Part shown: positions 25,501 through 37,500 of the stretch, piece after piece
Layout of the letters: every line of letters begins with the position of its first letter
Position numbering within the stretch: the stretch's first letter is position 1
From: Mobula hypostoma
Taxonomy: Eukaryota
NCBI RefSeq assembly: GCF_963921235.1
Contig: NC_086097.1
Location: 39,248,001-39,312,000 of the forward strand
Length of the DNA stretch: 64,000 nt
Direction: 5' to 3'
Translations under genes and position numbers: made by a program
The notes under the pieces: model-generated
The model's input: only the letters and a program-made list of their open reading frames with translations
Database searches by the model: none
Told to the model about the DNA's origin: nothing

Positions 25501-28500
25501 AAAATGTACCATATTACTCCTAAAGGCATGTGACAATGCGAATGACGATCCATCAAGTGATTGTTGACCATTGACTGAGAGCATATTTAGATTTGTAGTG
25601 TTCATGGAGGCACAGTTCAGTGGGGCTGTACTACATTGAAGTACGTTCTAAGGACTCCAATATTCACTCTGCAGCTGTTGATCATAGAAGAAGCTTAAAT
25701 CATCCCAGTGTGGAATTATTTCTGTAATATTTGGAACAATTGGCATAAAATGTTTTTCTGTTCAGTTCTGGGTATTGAAGAGAGCCTTAAGAAACAAGAT
25801 AAAAGACATGGATATAAAAATATACCTACATGAAAATGAACCTGTGCTGCACCCACAAATGAGAACAATGGAAGACGTTCTTTTTGTCCTGATGAAGGAT
25901 CGCGGCCTGAAACATTGACTATTTATTAATTTTCATAGGTGCTGCCTGACCTGCTGAGTTCCTCTAAAATTTTGTATGTTCGTCTGGATTTCCAACATCT
26001 GTAGAATCTCTTGTGTTCTTGTTTGTATAGTGCTGATGAACTTTTTAAAAAATAGTGAGTGGAAAGTAGTCGTAATTTTCATGCAAGTGTTCAATGTTGT
26101 AGGTGATGGGTGCCAGTGACATGGATTCGCCTATTTTGGCTGTACGAAAACAAAGAAAAGTGCCTAATGTATGTAAATTAACATTTTCAGTGGAACATAA
26201 TTTTATTAATGGTTCTAGAAGCTGAGGGTTTACAAGCTAGCCTACATTGTTATTTATTTATAATAAGTAGGAGAAATAATTTTAACTGCACCTTTTTTAG
26301 AAGCTAAAATGGAAAATTGAGCACAATTCAAGATCTTTTTGTCATATTAAAACAAGCTAAGGTTTTGGAAATTTAGCTTTTATTGTAAAACGTTATATTG
26401 TTAAAAGGAAAAAAATGAAATTTATGAAAACACACTATGATAAATTGCTTTTGAGAATTTACAAATCTGACTTTGCCTAAGGACCAGAAATAAGTAATAC
26501 TAATGCTGCAAGCGCTAAATGTTTATTTTTTTCTGTATAGTTTTTGTTAGATTTCTAATATATGAAACTGTATTAATCTTTTAATTAGGTGTACGCTTTG
26601 TGGCCGCTTTATTAGGTACAGGAGTGGACCCTGGTGTGGTCTGCAGCCCATCCACTTCAAGGATTGATGTGTTCTGTGTTCGGAGCTGCTCTTCTGCACA
26701 CCACTAATGTAACACATGGTTATTTGATTTACTGACTCTTTTCTGTCAGCTTGAAGCAGCCTGGTCATTCTCCTCTAACCTCTCTCATTAACAAGGTGTT
26801 TTTGCCCGCAGAACTACCACTCATTGGATGTTTTTTATTTATCAAGCCATTCTCTGTAAACTCTAGAGACCGTTGTGCGTGAAAATCCCAGGAGATGAAC
26901 AGTTTTTGACATAACTCAAACCATCCTGTATGGAGCCAACAATCATTCCATGGTCAAAATCACTTAGCTCAAACTTTTTCCCCATTCTGATGTTTGGTCT
27001 AAACAGCAACTGAACCTCTTGATCATGCCTGTGTGGTTTTGAGCACTGAGTTGCTGACACGTGATTAGATATTTGCATTAACGAGCAAGTGTATATGTGT
27101 ACCTAATAAAGTGGCCACTGAGTATACAGCTAGGTTCTTCTATACACCAATATGACACTGATATACTGGGTAAATGGAATGGAACTAAAGCTTGATCTAT
27201 GGGTGATTTACCTTCTCAGTTAGGCTTCACGGATAGTGAAGATGATGATTTTAGAGCAACTTCAAGCAAGAATAATAAAGATACCAAGTTATCCAGAAAT
27301 ATTCATCATCCCTGGAGCAAGGTTGGTTAAACCCCAGTCACAGATTTAATTATTACATGAGATTGTATACAGGCTCTTTTTTGTTGGAATATGCTGCAGG
27401 TAAGTGATTTGTTACAGATAAGTATTATATATATGACAAACAGTCACAAATAGTACTTCCTATATAGTCTTAAAATGAAATTGCTAACCTAAAAAATCCA
27501 TAGCGATTCTGATCTTGGCCACAGTTTGGATTGGATTTGTTCTCCAAGTGATTTGCTACCATGGAAACATAACCTTGAGCAGATGTCATTCCAGTTTAGT
27601 TCCAGTTGTTTAAAAATGGCTGTTTGTGCAAATAATGAATTCACTGTTGATGTGGACTAATCACAAGATCTGAGTTTGAGAATAGTCTTTTTTTAAATTG
27701 TAGGCATAGGTTTTGCCTTTGAGCAAAACCTCTGAATCTAGTGAACAGCAAGCTATACAAACATGACGTGTTTCTGAGCTTCCTGCATGCAAAATTAGTA
27801 AGGCAAACTGTTAATCCCTCTGATTATGAAAACAAGTTTTACATCATTCTTAAATTTTAACATTGCAGTGCTTAGGGAAAAAAAGTTGTATAAAAATGAA
27901 GTTTGACAATATTGCAGTAAAGTCAGTAACAATCAAATGTTGTCTCACCATAGCTAATTGTGTAAAATGGGACAGCTCCAATTATGTTATCAATGTTACC
28001 AGTGAATTCAGATTATTTTAGGGAATTTATATTTCGAACTCAATAAACTTGATGTATTGTTCTCCTCAACACAAGTACTTCTTAATATTTAAATTTAATT
28101 TATGGAACTATTAGCATTTAATTCTTATATTACCATTGCAATATTGATGTTAAGGATACTATCAGAACGAGCTATTCAAGTGCAAAAAGATTTGTTTGTT
28201 TGTTTTATTGACTACACAAGTATTTGATAAAGTGAAGCACAATAAGTTATTTGAAATATTACAGAAAACTCTAGATCTAGATAGATGGAGAAGTGAGTCA
28301 GTTTATGAAAATCAAGAGAGGCATTAGACAAGGGTGTGTTTTCTCCCCTGATTTATTTAATTTGTACAGTGAAACAATATTACAAAAGCTTCGTTTTCAA
28401 AATTATCCGGCGTAGTGTGGACGTAGCCTAAGACACAGCTGCAGTGTACCTTTCTCCAAAGTGCATTATTGTTATTTCTATGAATTGCTCTGAGTAACAC

Positions 28501-31500
28501 TAAGGCTACGTCCACACTACGCCGGATAATTTTGAAAATGAAGCTTTTTCTCTTTGTTTTGACTCTCTGTCCACACTAAAACGGCGGTTTCATCCCCCGA
28601 AAACGGAGATTTTCAGAAATGGTCTCCTGAGTGAATAAATCTCAAAACGCCTAATATCCGTTGCAGTATGGACATGGGAAACGGAGCTTTTTAAAACCGC
28701 TGTCATGATGTGCCGCAACAGATGGCAGCAGTGCAGCATTTCATTGTTTTCTTCTTCTTATTATTATTATTATCACTTTATTGTCACCAAACAATTGATA
28801 CTAGAGCGTACAATCATCACAGTGATATTTGATTTTGTGCTTCGCAGAACCTAACAATTTTAGAACAAACGGCAACAAGACTGAAGCCAGAAGAGTTAGA
28901 AATGTACTTACCAAATACTTTGACCCATAGCTTACTGAATAAATAAGTATACTCACTTTGCCCTGTTTTCTGTCCTTACTTGTATGAAGGTGGTTTACCT
29001 ATTTATGCAAGTACTTCTCTGACAATAGATGTGTAACAGCCTAATGTAACATTGTATGGAAATACAAGATAACACTGATGCAGACATGTTTTATACATTG
29101 AACAAGGTGCTTTATTAATGCAACAGAGTTAGTTAGTTCTTCAATGTTCATCGTCAGCCGGGTCATATTGTCTGTGAACTCCCTGTTGGTTGCCTCCATA
29201 CACTCCAGTATTTGTTGTTTTTTAGTTTTAAGTCCTCCTGCGTGAGAGCCAAGAGCAATTCCTTTTAAGTTTTTCTACTCTGTAACTGGACAAACACGCA
29301 CCAAGTATACCGTTTCCTCTTCGCTTGTTTTCTGTGTGTCCTGCGCATGCCCAGTAGTAAGAAATTTGCCCAAATATCCGCGATATTTTGAAAAATGCTT
29401 AGTGTGGACGCCTGTCGTTCTTACTCGAAACTGACGTTTTCAAAATTATCCGGCGTAGTGTGGACGTAGCCTAATTCTGTGGCCTCTGCTATTAAGGCAA
29501 GGGATAATCACCTACAAGTTCCCATGAATTCACACCTCATTCTTACTTGGAAAATAATTACTGTTCCTCTATTTCCTGAACTCCCTAGCCTAGGGCAATG
29601 TGGGAGCACAGTCATCCAATGAACAGGAGCTGTTAAGATGATTTATTGCTACATCCTCGAGATCTAAGGGTGGGGGTGGGGTCACTGAATGCTGGTTTTG
29701 TCAGCTATACATAGGTCCCATAAAATGAGTAAGATATTCACTTAAGAGAGCTGTTAGAAAGCATGTTTCAGAATCGCCGGTTCTATGTTGAATGAGGTGG
29801 GAAGCACAGCAGGTGACGTATTCAGAAGAATGGTTTTCCTTGGGGAAGTGTGCTTTCACCACTGCTGAACAACATCTACACGAATGACCAGCCTATAGAT
29901 GATGTCACACGCCGTTTTATATATGCTGATGACTTATGCATCACTGCCCAAAGCACTGATTTTAACACCATGGAGAAAACGCTTTCTGAGGCCTTGGAGG
30001 GACTAACATCCTACTATGAAGAAAACCATCTCCGCGCAAACCCATCAAAGATGCAAGTTTGTGCATTCCATCTCAGGAACCATGAAGCCAAACGACAGCT
30101 TAAAGTAACCTGGTGTGGAGCAACGCTGACGCATTGCGAGCACCCTATCTACTTAGGAGTCACCCTTGACAGATGCCTCATCTTCAAGAACCTCATCAAT
30201 AAGACAAAGTCAAAAGTGAGCGCACGAAACAACATCCTGAATAAGCTCACTAACATAAAATGGGGAGCAAGCTTGAAAACATTGCGAACCAGTGCACTTG
30301 CTCTTCACTGCCGAAGATGCCTGCCCTGCATGGGAAAGATCTACTCATGCGAAGAAGATGGATGCCGTTCTGAAAGTAAGCTGCCAACTTATCACAGGTT
30401 GTTTAAAACCAACAAACACCAACAGCCTATATATCCTGGCTGGTATCGCTCCCCCGATATAAGAAGAATGGTAGCCAGCAAGAAAGAACGACTCCATCAA
30501 ACATCAGATGAGAAGCACCCTCTACATGGTCATACACCTACACCCAACCACCTAAAGTCAAGGAGGAGCTTCATGAACAGTGTTGTTCCATTACAATCAA
30601 CCCCATCTGAAGCCCGCATCGCCTTGTGGAAAGACCGGTTCCCAGTCTCAAACAACACCCAATGATGGAAATTCCACCAGATGAAAGCCTGTCCCCAGGA
30701 GCTAATTGCAACTGGGCAACCTGGAAGTGCCTTAACAGACCTAGGACTGGTGTAGGTCGTTCAAAGATGTCACTAAGCAAATGGGGATATACAACCAGCC
30801 CAACAACTTGTGAACGTGGAACTGGGCCAAAAACTATGCAACATCTCCAGCAATGCCCATCGCTAGAGGAACCCTGTACTGTTACAGATCTTGCCGAATT
30901 CAACAACAAGGTGCAACAATGTGTCCAGTTCTAGCTGGGCCATGTATAGACTGTCCGTGGACACGATACGAAGAAGTAAGGCATTGAAGAAGAAAATGGC
31001 TATCAGGCCACTCTTTAACCCTCAGGAAAGCCCCTCTTTAAAGCACCATTCCCTTATTAGCAATTTACATTGTATGCCTTTAAGATAAAAAGATATATAT
31101 TTTATAATGAATGTACTTTTAAAGTTGTGGTTCTGATATGTAGAAGTGTAAAACCTCAAATTTATAAGCATTTCTAATTTTGTAAGAGCACAATTTGTTG
31201 CCAACATACCCTTCTTATTACAATGCAGATACATGAAATTTTGAAAAGACAAATTTGTGTTTATTGAATACACTAATTATGCTTTCTCTGATAGCATTCT
31301 GCTCGACACTTTCTTGATGAAGAGGCTGAACTTTCCTCAGAAGGAGCAGAAGATGTGTCTTCTGATGAAGATGAATCCAATAACATTGCTGATACTTCTT
31401 TGAAAAATTTTATCAATGATGAGTCCCAATTTTCACAAGTTTCAAAAGGTAACTTTTTGGAACCATTTAAAATATGAAACCTATATTTATGTATTATTGT

Positions 31501-34500
31501 TCACAAGAAGCTGTTCTGTTCATATGATTTGCAGTTGTATTTTTCACAAAATATGTAATTAATTAGTTATTGATAGTGCAATGAATCGAGGCTCTGCTAA
31601 ATCCCCCTGTTTATGTTTGTATGTTTCAGGACAAAATCTGGTTTGTTAACATTGCAGATATATAGCCTCCTGTTATGCTGTCAAGATTCACTGGATTTGA
31701 AAATAACATTGTGGAGGGGAGAGGCATTATGGAATAAAACCAACATTCATATTTAGAAAAGGAGTGAACAGAAAAATCAATATGAACACAAATTAGAAAT
31801 ATAGTTACATTTTTTTGTTCTTTATAGAGAAATTAGATCACTAGGCAGTGACTAGGTCTTTTGTGGATTTACATGGAAAACCTAAACTATTAGCAAGAAT
31901 GGGATCTAAACTCTTCTTTGCAAGATATATGCAGAATCAAGTTAGATAATTGTGTAAAAGTATTTCCTTACAAATGCCAATTTTTCAATAATTAGTTCAC
32001 AAACAGAATCAGAGGAACATGATTCCTTATCCTTGCATCTGTAGTCAGGAAAGTGTTATTTCTGAAAAATTTGTTAATATAAAAGTAGTAGTATTATAAA
32101 GAAAACTATTTGTATTTAAATTCCATAAAGAAAGCTATGTTACTTAAATATTTTTACATTAAATTATTATTTGTTGGATAATTCTGCAGTCAAGACTGAT
32201 TTAGATTAAAAGGAATATGGGCCATTCTGGTTCCAAGAAAATGATCTGCTTTTGAAAGGCAAACAACAGGAATTCTGCAGATGCTGGAAATTCAAGCAAC
32301 ACACATCAAAGTTGCTGGTGAACGCAGCAGGCCAGGCAGCATCTCCAGGAAGAGGTACAGTTGACGTTTCAGGCCGAGACCCTTCGTCAGGACTAACTGA
32401 AGGAAGAGTTAGTAAAAGATTTGAAAGTTGGGGGGGAGGGGGAGATCCAAAATGATAGGAGAAGACAGGAGGAGGAGGGATGGAGCCAAGAGCTGGACAG
32501 GTGATTGGCAAAGGGGATATGAGAGGATCATGGGACATGAGGTCTGGGGAGAAAGACAAGGGGGGGGAGAACCCAGAGGATGGGCAAGGGGTATAGTCAG
32601 AGGGACAGAGGGAGAAAAAGGAGAGTGAGAGAAAGAATGTGTGTATAAAAATAAATAACGGATGGGGTACGAGGGGGAGGTGGGGCTTTAGCGGAAGTTA
32701 GAGAAGTCGATGTTCATGCCATCAGGTTGGAGGCTACCCAGACGGAATATAAGGTGTTGTTCCTCCAACCTGAGTGTGGCTTCATCTTTACAGTAGAGGA
32801 GGCCGTGGATAGACATGTCAGAATGGGAATGGGATGTGGAATTAAAATGTGTGGTCACCGGGAGATCCTGCTTTCTCTGGCGGACAGAGCGTAGGTGTTC
32901 AGCAAAGCGGTCTCCCAGTCTGTGTCGGGTCTTGCCAATATGTAGAAGGCCACATCGGGAGCACCGGAAGCAGTATATCACCCCAGCCGACTCACAGGTG
33001 AAGTGTCGCCTCACCTGGAAGGACTGTCTGGGGCCCTGACATTCCAGGATGAGGGAGATGTCCTCCTTTTTTAAAGAAAGGGGCTTCCCTTCCTCCACCA
33101 TCAACTCTGCTCTCAAACGCATCTCCCCCATTTCACGCACATCTGCTCTCACTCCATCCTCCTGCCACCCCACGAGGAATAGGGTTCCCCTGGTCCCCAC
33201 CTACCACCCCACCAGCCTCCGGGTCCAATATATTATTCTCCGTAACTTCCGCCACTTCCAACGGGATCCCACCACTAAGCTCATGTTTCCCTCCCCCCCC
33301 ACTTTCCGCAGGGATCGCTCCCTACGCGACTCCCTTGTCCATTTGTTCCCCCCATCCCTCCCCACTGATCTCTCTCCTGGCACTTATCCTTGTAAGTGCT
33401 ACACATGCCCTTACACTTCCTCCCTTACCACCATTCAGGGCCCCAGACAGTCCTTCCAGGTGAGGCGACACTTCACCTGTGAGTCGGCTGGGGTGATACA
33501 CTGTGTCCGGTGCTCCCGATGTGGCCTTCTACATATTGGCGAGACCTGACACAGACTGGGAGACCGCTTTGCTGAACACCTATGCTCTGTCCGCCAGAGA
33601 AAGCAGGATCTCCCAGTGACCACACATTTTAATTCCACATCCCATTCCCATTCTGACATATCTATCCACGGCCTCCTCTACTGTAAAGATGAAGCCACAT
33701 TCAGGTTGGAGGAACAACACCTTATATTCCGTCTGGGTAGCCTCCAACCTGATGACATGAACATTGACTTCTCTAACTTCCGCTAATGCCCCAGCTCCTT
33801 TTTCTCCCTCTGTCCCTCTGACTATACCCCTTGCCCATTCTCTGGGCTCCACCCCCCCCGCCCCCGTCTTTCTCCCTGGACCTCCTGTCCCTTGATCCTC
33901 TCATATCCCCTTTGCCAATCACCTGTCCAGCTCTTGGCTCCATCCCTCCTCCTCCTGTCTTCTCCTATCATTTTGGATCTCCCCCTCCCCCTCCCACTTT
34001 CAAATCTCTTACTAACTCTTCCTTCAGTTAGTCCTGACGAAGGGTCTCAGCCTGAAACGTCGACTGTACCTCTCCCTAGAGATGCTGCCTGGCCTGCTGC
34101 GTTCACCAGCAACTTTGATGTGTGTTGCCTGCTTTTGAAAGACAAGCTGAAACTAAATTATCCCCCCACATTGAGTTGGTTTGACTAAGTTTGGGTTACA
34201 CCTTTGTCATGGTGCTAGTGTTTTTAATACATATATATTTAAATTTTAAACTGTTTGAGCTTCTCTGGAGAAACGCAATGTTGTTATCATATTGAATGAA
34301 TTATTTGTTGTTTTCCTTAGACATTGATATGCAAGAAATTTACCTGAAATCTGTACGCAGTCCAAGTGTCTATAAGAAGAAAATGGTCTATACCAGAAAT
34401 GACATGGCCATATTTTCACAGGTAGGTGTGCCTTGTGTTACCAGCAGAACAGATCCTACAAAATCACAGCACAGTGGCTGAGTAGGTGGGAATGTAATAT

Positions 34501-37500
34501 AATGATTGTTTGCATCAGTCTTGTATGTCAATAAAACTGATTTTCGTGTTGTATAAGGACAGGATAATTTGATCTAGTCTCTAGTCTGAGGGAGCCAGAG
34601 GCCATGGTGTGCTTCAAATGCTGAGGTAAAGACAGTTTTCAAGGTAGGTGGAGAAAAATTGCATTAATTGTGATTTTTTTCCTAGAAAATATCTAGAGGT
34701 AGGGCCGCATTAATTTGAGTGAGGTATATATTAAAGTAAACTTGTGTTAAAACAACAATGACTTTAGTCCTCTAGTTTCTTAAGTGTTTCACCACTGGGA
34801 ATTTTTACCTGTCTCCATTTTGGGGTATTGATTGAGGTGCATTTCATGGATGAATTAAATATCTTTGTCTTTTTCTATACCCTACAAGTGCCTATATGGT
34901 AATAAGCTGGATGGGATTTATTTTTCCCCCTATCAATTCACTTGTTAACATTTCATGTTCAGATCAAGTTTAATGAAGGGTTTATACAAACATTTCTTCT
35001 TTAATAAGGTGTGGCTGGTGAGATTTCTTCTTCAGCAGTTCCTCAGTGTTTCTGTGTGATTGAATCCAATGTGGGAACAGCAGGTTCTTCCAGAGATCGA
35101 GCTGGAAGTGCTTAATAGGGTGGGTTAAAGTTTGAAGTGATGTGTATTTTTTAATATTTATGTGGGACTTGTCAAAGTCAGTCAAATACAGACACATGTC
35201 CTTTGCTTTACCATGTACATCCTGGCCATCAAATAGACATCGATTCTCAGCTCATTTTTCTGTACATTGTCCATAGTCTTCTATGCCTTACTATTTCAAT
35301 ATTTGTGTAATAGACCATAGAATAGTACAGCACATGAGCAGGGACTTTGGCTCACGATGTCTGCACTGAGTGTGATACCAGTCTAAATGAATCCCACTGG
35401 CCTACGTATGGTTGTATCCCTCCATTCTCTACCTGCTCATGTGGCTGTCTAAATGACTCTTAAATGTTGCTGTTGTATTGCTTTCATGACCTCCTTTGGC
35501 ATGTTCCAGTTACCTACATACCACTCTCTGTTTAGAAAAAATTGCTTCATAAATCTGCTTTAAAAGTTTCCCCTTCTCACCTTAAAGCTATGTCTTCTAG
35601 TGTTTGATATTTCCACTTTAAGGAAAACACTGACTGGTTCCTCTGTCTATGTCTCCAATAATTTTACATCTATCTGGTTGCCCCTCAGCCTCTGATGCCT
35701 CCCCTTATAGGAAATACTGTCTAGCCTAGGCAACATCCTGGTGAACCTCTTCTGCACCCTATCCAAATCCTCCACATCATTTCTGTAATGCACTGATTAG
35801 AACTGTATACAGTAATCTAAATATATCTTAACCAGTTTTATACAACTGCAACATGACTTTGTGACTTCTATACTCATCACCCTGACTGATGAAGGGAGGA
35901 GTGCTGTACACCCTCTTTAGCACCCTATAAACGTGTTGCCACTATCAAGGAGCTATGGACTAGTGTCTCATGATCCTTCTATACACGTGTTTTTAAGAGT
36001 CCTGCTATTTACTGCATACTTTCCCTTTTCACTTAATCTCCCAAACTGCATCTGCTACCTCTCTGCCCACATTTCCATTTGGTTTTTATCCCACTGAACC
36101 TTTTGGCAACATTCCTTTCTATCCTTAGCTCAAATTGCTGTGTTACATGTAAACTTACTGATCAATTCATCTCAATACACTCAAAAGGCTGGAGGAACTC
36201 AGCAGGTCAGGTAGCATCTATGGAACAAATATACGGTCAATATTTTGGGTTGAGATGGATTGATCTACATACATCTACATTTTTATCAAAATGATTTGTA
36301 TGTATCACAAAAGACAGAGGTCCCAGCACTGACTCTTGTGGAATACCACAGGTCACAGACCTCCAGTCAGAATAACACTCCTTCCACCACTACCCACTGT
36401 CTTCAAGTGTATGGTCATTCAACTATGCACGTGTATACAGCTAAATGAAACAACGTTCCTCAGGGACCAAGCTGCAAAACACAGTACATATATCACATAC
36501 AGCACATAAAATAATATTAACAGTTAAAATATTCTGTAAAAGTACAAGTTGGCATAAAGTGTATATATGACATGGTTAAATGTACATCAGTATCACTGCT
36601 ACTGGTGCTGTCATATATAATGTGTACTGGGTGATAGCAGGGTGTTCAGAGGTTTCACAGCTCGGGGGAGGAAACCGTTATCCAGCCCAACAGTCCTTGT
36701 TCTTATACTGCAGTACCTTGTGCCTAATGGTACGAGGTCAAAGAGATTGTGGGACAGATGGGAGTGGTTCTTGACAAAATGAGGGATCTGTGAACACAGC
36801 ATTTCTGGTGTATGTCCTGGATGGGGTGGGAGGGGGTATAAGGAGACCTCAGTGATTCTCTCAGCAGTCCTCACAATCTGTTGCAGGGTCTCGCAGTCTG
36901 ATGCATTGCAATTCCCATACCAGATCTGGTCAGGACAGTCTCGATGGAGTTCTGTTAGGATTTGGTTAGAATGGAAATGGGGAGCCTCAGTCACCCCAAT
37001 TTCCTCAGGAAGTGGAGATTGCCAGGCCAATTTTGAATCCATTTTACCAAGTCTCCTTGGACCCTAATCCTCTGTATCAGCATACAATGAGGGAACTAGT
37101 TGAAAGCCTTACTAAAGTCCGATAATGAACCTTGGCAGCAGCTTTACTAAGGATGTGAAAATATAACTGTCTTCCCCATTCAAGTGTCAGTGCATTAGAT
37201 TTCAACCACTCTTTGGGTGGAAAAACTCAGATCCCCACTAAACGTCCTATGCTTTAGACGCCTCTCTGTGGGGAAATTTTCTTGCTTCTCCCCTATCTAC
37301 ACCCTTCATTATTTTGTATACACCTCTTAGTCTGCCCTTCAACTTCCTCTGTTCTAAGAAAAGCAAGGCCATTTTTTCCAGTTTCTCCTCATAATTGAAT
37401 CACACTATCCCAGGCATCAGCTTGGTGAACCTGCAGTGTAATCACATCCTTCCTTTAGTACAGCGATCAGAACTTTACATAGTGCTCGTTGAGGCCATAT

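Larger units (their letters stand above)
32259..34128. mobile_element. Penelope-like element, inverted composite: minus copy 32259-33038 and plus copy 33039-34128
   Basis: GIY-YIG ORFs on both strands; linker MSSFFKERGFPSS...RVPLVPTYHP; 13-bp TSD CTGCTTTTGAAAG at 32246-32258 and 34129-34141. Confidence 0.92.
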
